Shown here in pieces: positions 29,046-37,241 of a stretch of 64,000 nt of DNA. How positions within the stretch are numbered: the first letter of the stretch is position 1; the number at the start of each line of letters is the position of its first letter. The notes beneath the pieces were generated by a model. It ran no database searches and had not been told where the DNA came from. It worked only from the letters and a program-made list of their open reading frames with translations. The position numbers were made by a program, and so were the translations under genes. Source of the DNA: Vicinamibacterales bacterium (lineage in GTDB: Bacteria; Acidobacteriota; Vicinamibacteria; Vicinamibacterales; Vicinamibacteraceae); the NCBI GenBank assembly GCA_963840865.1, contig CAWJAP010000024.1, positions 40,862-104,861 of the forward strand, written 5' to 3'.

Positions 29046-29358
29046 CGTTCCTCCCTCGATCGCTGTTGAGCTTCGGCATCGTAGCACCGTACGAGGCGTG
29101 GGACGAGGGACGCGGTGCAACGCCGGCAGATTTGCAAACGTTTGACGCCCAGCCCCCGAATCCGCGAAATCCTTAAGCAAACCACGCCATCCGGCACTAA
29201 GACATTGTTAAGCGTGTAAAAACATTGAAAACGTCGACCAGACTGGGCTGAAGCCCTGTCCCACCGGGACCAGGTGGGCCAGCCCTTCAGGGCTGTCCTC
29301 GACGGTGGCCGAAAAGCCGATTCTGAGAGGCACGGCTGAGCGCCGCCGTCAAGCCGCT

Positions 29359-30951
29359 TCATCGCCTTCCGGCTCGACCGTCGATCGCCACGAACTCGCT
29401 CGGCGTGCGCTCGCCGGCCATATAGCGCGCGCGGTCGTCGATCGCGAACACACGAACCTCCCGTCCGAATGCCGCGCGCGGCGGCCAATCGAGCGCGGCG
29501 AGCGCGCTGGCCGCGCCGAACCGCGCGCGAAACGCCGGCTCCTCCCAGCGTTCGAGAAGAAGAAAGGGCTGCAGTCCGCGCCCGCGGAGGTAATCGACCG
29601 TGCGATCGAGGGCGTCGGGCGGAATGGCGTCCCACACCACCGTCTGTCGATGTCCGTAGTAGCGCACGCTCCCGCTGTGCCAAATCGTCAGAACGATGGC
29701 GTTCGGCGGCAGTGATCGCGCGAGGTAGTCACCGGCGAGGCGGAATCGCCGTTCTGCGGCCTTGACCTCGAACGCGTGTCGCCTCTGTGCCGTTCTCACG
29801 AACAGCCCACAAAGGACGAGCCCGATCGCGACGAACGTGACGACCGACCATCGATGCGGGAGCCGCAAGGTCCATGCCCGCAGGACCGCCGCCACCAGGA
29901 CGAACGCGAACGGCACCGCCGGCAGTAGGAATCGCAGGAACCACCAGGCGTCGAATGACACGTACGGCAGATAGCAGGCAACGACGGCGGCCGTGAGTGC
30001 GAGGAGTGTGGCGGCCATCCATCGCTCGCGCGCACGGCTCGACGCGTCAGAGGCGGCCGGTCGCGCGACGAGTGCGAGCGGCGCCAGCAGTAACACGGGC
30101 GTGTGCGTGTCGATCGCCCACCAGCCGTATCGCTGGATGTTGGGCCAGACGTGGGACGCGGAGAAGAGCGCGGCGGGGTTGCCGTAGCCCGAGCTCGTGA
30201 CGGACCCGTAGAGGACGTACTGCACGAGCGCGACGGCGAGCGCGCCTGGCGCCGCGCCGGCGCAGAACCGCAGCGCGCGGCCCACACGCGAGACATCGCC
30301 CGGCTGTCGCGGTCGAAACCACACCGAGGCGAGCAGAACAACAGCGAGCGGCACGAGATTGGGGCGCGTCAGCACCGCGACGCCCGTAGCCAGGCCGGCG
30401 CCCACCAGAGCGCGTGGACCACCACTCACGACCAGAAAGGCAGCGAGCACCCACCACGCCATCGCCGGGACGTCGCTCATCGGCTGGACGACTTGATACA
30501 GGAAGACGGGGCTGACGGCGGTGAGCGCCGCGGCAAGGGCGCCGGCCGGGTGACCGGCGAGCGCGCGTCCCAGCAGGAACGTCACCCAGACCGCCATCGC
30601 GCCCAGTAGCGGTACGACGAGGTGCACGCCCTCGCGTCCCAGCGCAATCCGGAACGGCACCATCGTGAGCGCCAGGCCCGCCGGACAGATCGGCGCGATC
30701 GCCCCAGGGACGTTCGAGGAGGGAATGAACCCTGTCGGCGCGAGCGGGAGCCAGGGGTCGAGCCACGACGCCCCGGCGAAGAGCGAAGACTGTGGCGTTC
30801 GAATGGTCCCCGCTGCCCAGCGCTCGGCCTGTTCGAGATAGCAATAGGAGTCGGAACCGCCGGCCACGCGCGTGCCCCAGACGAGGCCGACGACGAGGGC
30901 GGCGAGAGCGGCGCCGAGCGCGACCGCCCGGCTGGAGTTAGAAGCGTTCAA
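29359..30951 (-). CDS. polytopic membrane glycosyltransferase (GT39/ArnT-like fold)
   Basis: Intact 530-aa ORF, more than 10 hydrophobic segments. Overlaps the upstream GT2 gene by 14 nt. Confidence 0.6.
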   Translation of the reverse strand: MNASNSSRAVALGAALAALVVGLVWGTRVAGGSDSYCYLEQAERWAAGTIRTPQSSLFAGASWLDPWLPLAPTGFIPSSNVPGAIAPICPAGLALTMVPFRIALGREGVHLVVPLLGAMAVWVTFLLGRALAGHPAGALAAALTAVSPVFLYQVVQPMSDVPAMAWWVLAAFLVVSGGPRALVGAGLATGVAVLTRPNLVPLAVVLLASVWFRPRQPGDVSRVGRALRFCAGAAPGALAVALVQYVLYGSVTSSGYGNPAALFSASHVWPNIQRYGWWAIDTHTPVLLLAPLALVARPAASDASSRARERWMAATLLALTAAVVACYLPYVSFDAWWFLRFLLPAVPFAFVLVAAVLRAWTLRLPHRWSVVTFVAIGLVLCGLFVRTAQRRHAFEVKAAERRFRLAGDYLARSLPPNAIVLTIWHSGSVRYYGHRQTVVWDAIPPDALDRTVDYLRGRGLQPFLLLERWEEPAFRARFGAASALAALDWPPRAAFGREVRVFAIDDRARYMAGERTPSEFVAIDGRAGRR

Positions 30952-31678
30952 AGCGATACTTCAAGAGCACGCCGATGGCGTGCACACCGTCGCGCCAGCC
31001 GATCTTCTTGCCGGCCTGACGCGAGCGGGGCGAGAAGCGCACGGGGATTTCCACGATGTCATGCCGCGCGCGGAGAAGCTTGGCGGTAATCTCCGGCTCG
31101 ATCTCGAAGCGATCCGCAGTCAGATTCAACGATCGCGCCACGTCCGTCGTCATCACCTTGTAGCACGTCTCCATGTCGGTCAGGCGAGCACCGAACAGAA
31201 GGTTGGTGGCGGTCGTGAGAAAGCGGTTGGCCGCAATCGTCATCCAAGGGGCATCGGGACGCGGTCCCAGGAAGCGCGATCCATACACGACCTTCGTGGT
31301 GCCCGCGAGGATCGGCGCCACCAGGTCGGCGAGCTGTGCCGGATCGAGCTCGAGATCGGCGTCCTGGATCGCCATGATCGAGCCACGCAGCTCGGCGAGG
31401 CCACGCCGGATGGCGCTGCCTTTGCCGCCGTTCCGCTCGGCATGGACGATGCGCAGGTCGGGCCCGGGCGGTGAGGCGTCGAGCACCTCGCGCGTCCGAT
31501 CGGTGGAGCCGTCGTTGACGACGACGATTTCGCGCGGAACGGGGAGCGGGATGGAGCGGAGCCGCGCGAGGACAGCGCCGACCGTCCCTGCTTCGTTGTA
31601 GACGGGGACGATGATGGACAGCAGCGGCGAATCCGTGGCGACGGTTCCGAGTGGGTCCGATGTGGTCCGTGGCTTCAC
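30938..31678 (-). CDS. family 2 glycosyltransferase (polyprenyl-phosphate sugar synthase-like, DPM1/ArnC type)
   Basis: LLSIIVPVYNEAGTV, VVVNDGSTDRT, AIQDADLE. 246 aa. Confidence 0.85.
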   Translation of the reverse strand: MKPRTTSDPLGTVATDSPLLSIIVPVYNEAGTVGAVLARLRSIPLPVPREIVVVNDGSTDRTREVLDASPPGPDLRIVHAERNGGKGSAIRRGLAELRGSIMAIQDADLELDPAQLADLVAPILAGTTKVVYGSRFLGPRPDAPWMTIAANRFLTTATNLLFGARLTDMETCYKVMTTDVARSLNLTADRFEIEPEITAKLLRARHDIVEIPVRFSPRSRQAGKKIGWRDGVHAIGVLLKYRFERF

Positions 31679-31838
31679 GTGCGGCGCAGAAAGCGCGGTG
31701 ACTATACCAGCAACGTCCCTGCGATCCGGACTCGAAGCCGTCTGGCCACGAGCGCACTCACGGTTTGCTTACCATGTCTTCATGAATGAGCTTCGCGCCG
31801 GCTCTACGCTCGGCGGATTGTTTCGAAGGTGAGGTTTC

Positions 31839-33548
31839 ATGCTTCGCTTTGTCATGGCAAGTCTGAGTGTGACGGTGGTTTCGGGCGCGGCGGTATGGGC
31901 GACCGCGCAATCGACCGAATCGAAGCGGGCGCAGACGGCTGCAGCGCCGGCCGGTGCGGTGAGCGCCGCGCCACTGGCGCCCGAGCTATCCGGGCTCGGG
32001 ACCTGGCAGCTTCAGGTGTCGACGAAGGTGGCGCGCGCCCAGCGCTTCTTCGACCAGGGGCTCCGGCTCCTGTATGGCTTCAACCATCCGGAATCGCTGC
32101 GTGCGTTTCGCGAGGCGGCCCGTCTCGATCCCGGCCTCGCCATGGCGTATTGGGGACAGGCGATGGCGCTCGGCCCGAACCTCAATGCGCCGCTCACGCC
32201 CGAGAACGGCGCCGCGGCGCTCGCGGCCATCGAACAGGCGAAGGTGCGTGCCGCCTCGGCGGCCCCGCTCGAACAGGCGTTGATCGACGCGCAGGTCCGC
32301 CGGTTTCGCGCCGACGGCGAGCGGGCTGCGCTCGACAAGGCCTACGCCGAAGCCATGCGCACGGCGGCGTCGCGGTTTCCGAATGACGCCGACGTGCAGA
32401 CGCTGCTCGCCGACGCGCTGATGAACACGATGCCCTGGGACTACTGGCAGAAGGACGGCTCGGCGAAGCCGGAGACGGCCGTCGCGCTCGAGGCGCTCGA
32501 GCGCGTGCTCGCGCGCCAGCCCGATCATCCGGGCGCGAACCACTATCACATCCACCTGCTCGAGGCGTCGAACGACCCCGATCGCGCGGTCGCCAGCGCC
32601 GATCGGCTCGGGCCGCTCATGCCGGCCGCCGGGCACATGGTCCACATGCCCTCGCACATCTACCTGCGCGTCGGCCGCTACCGGGATGCCGCCGAGTGGA
32701 ACGAGCGTGCCATCCTGGCCGACGAGGACTACCTCGCGCAGTGCCAGGCGCAGGGCCTTTACCCGGTCAGCTACTACCCGCACAACGTCCACTTCCTTTG
32801 GGCCGCCGCGACGCTCGAGGGCCGCAGCGCGGTCGCGATTGCGGCGGCGAGGCGGGTGGCCGAGAAGGTCCCGCATCATCACGCCGGCGCGGTGGCCTGG
32901 ACGGCCGACTTTCCGGTGACGCCGATGCTCGCCTACGCGCGCTTCGGACGGTGGGTAGACATCCTGACCACGCCCGAGCCGCCCGCACAGGAGCCGTATG
33001 CGCGCGGGATCTGGCATTACGCGCGCGCACTCGCGTTCACGGCGCGAGGTGAGCTGGCACGTGCCAGAGACGAGCTCGCTCGAGTGGAGGCGCTCATCGG
33101 GCACGAGGCGTTCAAGACGCGCTTCAAGGACACACCCCTCGCAACCGCGCTGACGATTGCGGCGCGGCTGGCGGCCGGCGAGCTGGCGGCTCGCGCCGGA
33201 CGCATCGACGAGGCCGTGGCCACGTTGCGCGAAGCCCTGACGCTCGAAGACGGCCTGGCCTACAACGAGCCCCCGGTGTGGCATCACCCGACGCGTCAGG
33301 TGCTCGGGGCGGTCCTGCTCGAAGCGGGCCGCGCGAAGGAGGCCGAACCGGTCTATCGCGAGGACCTGGCGCGCGTTCGTGAAAACGGGTGGTCGCTCTT
33401 CGGACTGTCCCGCAGCCTGAGCGCCCAGGGCAGGGACGTGGAGGCCGCGGAGGTCCAACGCCGCTACGCCAAGGCCTGGGCCCGCGCCGACATCACGTTG
33501 ACGTCCTCGCGGATCATGCCCCGGCCCGGGACCGCGAAGACGAACTGA
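31839..33548 (+). CDS. exported TPR-like helical repeat protein
   Basis: Intact 569-aa ORF. Signal MLRFVMASLSVTVVSGAAVWA. Alpha-helical repeat character throughout. Confidence 0.5.
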   Translation: MLRFVMASLSVTVVSGAAVWATAQSTESKRAQTAAAPAGAVSAAPLAPELSGLGTWQLQVSTKVARAQRFFDQGLRLLYGFNHPESLRAFREAARLDPGLAMAYWGQAMALGPNLNAPLTPENGAAALAAIEQAKVRAASAAPLEQALIDAQVRRFRADGERAALDKAYAEAMRTAASRFPNDADVQTLLADALMNTMPWDYWQKDGSAKPETAVALEALERVLARQPDHPGANHYHIHLLEASNDPDRAVASADRLGPLMPAAGHMVHMPSHIYLRVGRYRDAAEWNERAILADEDYLAQCQAQGLYPVSYYPHNVHFLWAAATLEGRSAVAIAAARRVAEKVPHHHAGAVAWTADFPVTPMLAYARFGRWVDILTTPEPPAQEPYARGIWHYARALAFTARGELARARDELARVEALIGHEAFKTRFKDTPLATALTIAARLAAGELAARAGRIDEAVATLREALTLEDGLAYNEPPVWHHPTRQVLGAVLLEAGRAKEAEPVYREDLARVRENGWSLFGLSRSLSAQGRDVEAAEVQRRYAKAWARADITLTSSRIMPRPGTAKTN

Positions 33549-33712
33549 CAGGGGTCTTCGGTCCGTCGGTCGTCAGTCTTCGGTCCTGTTGCCGGCCTTG
33601 CCGATGCCGGGGCTCTACCGAGGATTGGGAGGTAAGTAATGCCTGGCAGGAAGCACTCGGATGCGGGCAGCACAGCACCAGCCCCAGGCAGCCGGACGAC
33701 TGCGCCGACGAA

Positions 33713-33735
33713 CGTCAGCGTCAGGGCGGCTGACG
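33713..33735 (-). terminator. weak hairpin after the ppk2 stop
   Basis: CGTCAGC (33713-33719) / GCTGACG (33729-33735), 7-bp stem, directly downstream of the stop at 33742. Confidence 0.3.
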
Positions 33736-33741
33736 ACTCTG

Positions 33742-34659
33742 CTACTTATCGTCCTCAGCAAGCCGATAGTATTCTGGAATAAATGTCTGCTGTGTCATCG
33801 GGGGTCGCACGTATCCGCCCATCCCCCGTTTGCTGCGAGGTGGCAGCTCAACCTTTTCGCGCTTCGTCTCCTTATAAGGAACCATGCTCAACAAGTGACG
33901 GATCAAATTCAAGCGGGCAAGCCGCTTGTTGTCGGCATTGACCACATACCAGGGAGCTTCCTTGATATCCGTATACGCAAACATCTCATCCTTCGCCTTC
34001 GAGTATTCCACCCAGCGTGACAGCGACTCCAAATCCATGGGGCTCAACTTCCACTGCTTTGTCGGATCGTTCAGTCGCTGGGAGAATCGTTTTTCCTGCT
34101 CCTTATCGTTGATTGAAAACCAGTACTTGATCAGAATGATTTCCGATCGAATCAGCATTCGTTCGAATTGCGGGCATGAATGCAGGAATTCTGTATGTTC
34201 CGCATCTGTACAGAATCCCATTACCCGCTCGACTCCGGCGCGGTTGTACCAGCTTCTATCGAGGAGAACAATTTCTCCGGCAGCGGGGAGATGTGCGGCG
34301 TATCGTTGAAAATACCATTGAGTCTTTTCCCGTTCCGTTGGTGCAGGCAGCGCAACCACTTTGCAGATGCGTGGATTCATCGATTCAGTGATCCGCTTGA
34401 TCGCCCCTCCTTTTCCTGCTGCGTCACGTCCCTCGAAAATGACCACCACCTTCAGGCCTTTGGCTTTCACCCATTCCTGAAGCTTGACGAGTTCCACGTG
34501 CAGTCTGGCGAGCTCTTTATCGCATTCCTTTTTGCTGAGAGTCTTGGAATTCTTCGAATGTTCTGACGACGAAATCTCGTTTGATTCTTGATTGCTTTCA
34601 TCCTTGGTCTTTTTTCCTTTTTTTCGCATTGAATGTCTCCGCGTGTTTGATGGCGACAT
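33742..34659 (-). CDS. ppk2: polyphosphate kinase 2
   Basis: Walker A VVIFEGRDAAGKGGAIKRI, LLDRSWYNRAGVERV, WKLSPMDLES. Lys/Ser/Glu-rich N-terminal tail. Alternative start ATG 34629. Visibly AT-richer than all neighbours. Confidence 0.9.
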   Translation of the reverse strand: MSPSNTRRHSMRKKGKKTKDESNQESNEISSSEHSKNSKTLSKKECDKELARLHVELVKLQEWVKAKGLKVVVIFEGRDAAGKGGAIKRITESMNPRICKVVALPAPTEREKTQWYFQRYAAHLPAAGEIVLLDRSWYNRAGVERVMGFCTDAEHTEFLHSCPQFERMLIRSEIILIKYWFSINDKEQEKRFSQRLNDPTKQWKLSPMDLESLSRWVEYSKAKDEMFAYTDIKEAPWYVVNADNKRLARLNLIRHLLSMVPYKETKREKVELPPRSKRGMGGYVRPPMTQQTFIPEYYRLAEDDK

Positions 34660-34665
34660 GCAGAG

Positions 34666-35930
34666 CTACGGCGCGCAGCGCCGCTCGGTGATATGCCGTA
34701 CCTTGTCCTTGAAAGCAGCGACCCACGCGTCCAACCCGACGTGAGATTTCCCGGTGGGGATCTTCCCACTCGTGTGTTTCGGAGAGCTTCTCGACGCGGG
34801 CAGTCGTCATGAGCGCGCGCACGTGTGCGTCGGTCAACAGGCTCAGGCGCTCCTGCAGGAATGCGCGCCCGGCCTCGCCAATGCGAGGGTCGCCCCGGGC
34901 GTCGTCGCCCGCGGCCATCGAGACCGTGAGACTGCCGTGGCATTCCGCCACCCCGCCCGAGTCGGAAGACTTCGCAGGCTTGAAGACAGTTCGATTCGTC
35001 CACGCCTTCAGGTTCATCTTCGAGTTCGATTTGCTGGTGCGGCCGGCACCGCCAAACGTGGCACCGATATCTTGTAGCGCGATCACCGGCTCGCTGCACG
35101 CCGAGGCGTCAGGGCGCTCGAAGAACACAGGTGGCCCGCCGTCGTCTTTCTCGAGTGGACGCGCCTCGCCCGCGCGAGGCATCGAGGCTCCGGCACTCCA
35201 GTCGCTGTTGCTCGGGCTTGCGATCACCGTGCTGGATGAACACGCCCAGGAGCGTGAGCGCGTCGAAATGCGTGCGCTGTCGCGCCCGCAGCTCGCCCTC
35301 GGGGAGCTTCGCGATGGCCTGATCGACCTCGCCCCAGCGCCATCCCTGGTCGGGGTCGTCCTTGGCAACCATGACCAGACGGGTCGCCTCCGGTTGGAAT
35401 GTGGCGAGGTACGAGCGTCTGCCGCGTTGCCCCTCGCCCGACATCGGGTTGGCCGGGCAGTCCTTGCAGTCGATCGTGATTGGATAGATCGGATCGGATA
35501 CGAACCCGAGAGCCCACAGGAGTTTCGCCGACGCGACCGCCGAAAAGATCTCGCGGTTGCCATCCTTCGATCCGTCGCTGTACTTGACACGGATCGTCGT
35601 GCCGCCCGGTGTCCGGCACGTGAATTTCGGCGTGGCGCCGCCGAGCTCTTTGCCTGGTTTGGCGAAATCGCACGGCAGCGGCTGACCGCGAAGCACAGCC
35701 TCGACCCCCTCCGACTTCGTCTGCAGCGGCCGGCCCGCCATCACCATTTCGGGGGTCACGTCTCCCGGGTCGGACCAGATCTTGGCGGTTGCCAGATACT
35801 TCAACCGCTGCTGGTCGCTGGCGAGGCGCACGAACGCGAATTGGGTGTCGCTCTGGGCGACGACACTGATGTCGAGGACCAGCGCTGCGACCGCTCCTAA
35901 CGCCGATGCCGAAAGGATCTTGGCTGACAT
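34666..35930 (-). CDS. exported protein with protein-kinase-like motif order (2 apparent frameshifts near 35190 and 34775)
   Basis: Signal MSAKILSASALGAVAALVLDISVVAQS. TPGGTTIRVKY, NREIFSAVASAKLL, FIQHGDRKPEQQ (35208-35231), then in the frame of ORF 34598..35590 ALQDIGATFGG. Hand translation gives the C-terminus GKSHVGLDAWVAAFKDKVRHITERRCAP, stop 34666. Confidence 0.45.
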
Positions 35931-36359
35931 GCTCGACCGCCCTTCCACCACTCCGTCGTCCGATCCCGTCCGGAATTAAAACGGGTCAGGATGACGGGCT
36001 CTAAGGCACACCGTCACTCTCACGTCACGGACGACCGACAAGCAAGGTTTGATCCGTGTGGCCGCTCGACCTGGGATCGGTGTGCGCAGAGATTGTCCAC
36101 GAAACTTTCGGTCTTTTTTGAGACCAATCCACGGGTTGACGAACCGAACCCTCCGGCGGGGCGGAGGCTTGCCCCCTTTTTCCGGAGCCGCGAAGCGGGG
36201 GATCAGCGTCGTCAGGACCGAGCCGCGTCGCGCTGTGTCGCTTCTTTCTGAAGCGTCAGGTGCATCCGCTCGTGCCGCCCGCTTGCGGCAGCCCAAATTC
36301 TTTGATCGTCCACTCGAAGACCGTGAACCGACATTTCCGATTTGCCTTCCGCAGACTGG

Positions 36360-36700
36360 CCACATCCTACACCTGCTCGACGGCTCCTGATCGACTGTTG
36401 TTGTCGCCGGGGTCGCACCTCATGACGCCGCCACGGCGACCTGAATTTCCGGCAGACGAACTCGCCCCCGGTCACAGTTGTCCGACACCTCTCCCGCGGT
36501 GCGCCCCGTGCTTCGCTCTCAACGGTCGCCTGCCGCCGTTGTCCGTCAGCCGGTTGGCGGGAGCGCCCAGATCCGCCGCGGATCCCCGAACACCGCCGCT
36601 TCCCCTCCTTGATCCATTCCTCGGCGGCCCCGCGCTTGTTGTAGAAGGGAAAGACCCCAGCACGAAACGGGAGCCCGGTCCCCTTGTATGATCGCGACGC
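36360..36700 (-). mobile_element. decayed relic of an IS1380-family transposase C-terminus
   Basis: FYNKRGAAEEWIKEGK encoded at 36599-36646 (minus) matches the conserved YN-x-RG-x-AE-x-WIKEGK block of IS1380-type DDE transposases. The downstream frames are scrambled. No terminal repeats identified. Confidence 0.35.
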
Positions 36701-36799
36701 GGCGGGTCGTGTTCGCTGCGGGCGGGCCAGCCGTTCAAGCCATAGATGAATCCACCGGTCCCAACGTCTGGCGCGCTCGAGCTTCGCACATCGGCGTCG

Positions 36800-37192
36800 A
36801 TGGTTCGCTGGTCGCGCGCCGCGCTCGGGCTCGGGTGCTTCGCGCTCGGTGCCGTCGGCGCGGTGGTGCCAGGCATGCCGACGACGGTGTTCCTGCTCGT
36901 CGGGTCGTACCTGCTGACACGATCCTGTCCGGTGCTCGAGCAGCGGCTGCGCAGCAGCCGGCTGTTCCGGCCGTACGCCGTCTACCTCGACCCGGCCGTT
37001 CCGATTCCACGGCGGGCTCGTGTCACGGCGCTCACCGGCATGTGGGGCTCGCTCGTCCTCAGCGCGCTCATCCTCGACTCGGGCCGCCCGTCGCTGGTCG
37101 TGCCGGCCGTTCTGCTCGGTTCCGGGTTGGTCGGCACGATTGCGATTCTGCGCTTTCGCCGCGGGCCGCACGCCGCGGACCGGGCGCTCTGA
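36800..37192 (+). CDS. YbaN/DUF454-family inner membrane protein
   Basis: MVRWSRAALGLGCFALGAVGAVVPGMPTTVFLLVGSYLLTRS..., the typical DUF454 opening. In frame with ORF 36746..37192. Confidence 0.7.
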   Translation: MVRWSRAALGLGCFALGAVGAVVPGMPTTVFLLVGSYLLTRSCPVLEQRLRSSRLFRPYAVYLDPAVPIPRRARVTALTGMWGSLVLSALILDSGRPSLVVPAVLLGSGLVGTIAILRFRRGPHAADRAL

Positions 37193-37241
37193 AAACCCCG
37201 CCAATCCACGTCCGATCGGGTAGGATCGTCGGGTCGCTCCC

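Noticed and set aside
8972-29295. CRISPR array formed by the repeated GC-rich hairpins
   Set aside because: The copies are dispersed over 20 kb in different intergenic regions and in both orientations, with no regular repeat-spacer periodicity and no cas genes in the window.
33742-35930. A functional coupling of PPK2 with the upstream kinase-like protein (polyphosphate-driven phosphorylation module)
   Set aside because: PPK2 has no export signal while the kinase-like protein has one. The sharply different base composition suggests the adjacency is a recent accident rather than a co-evolved operon.
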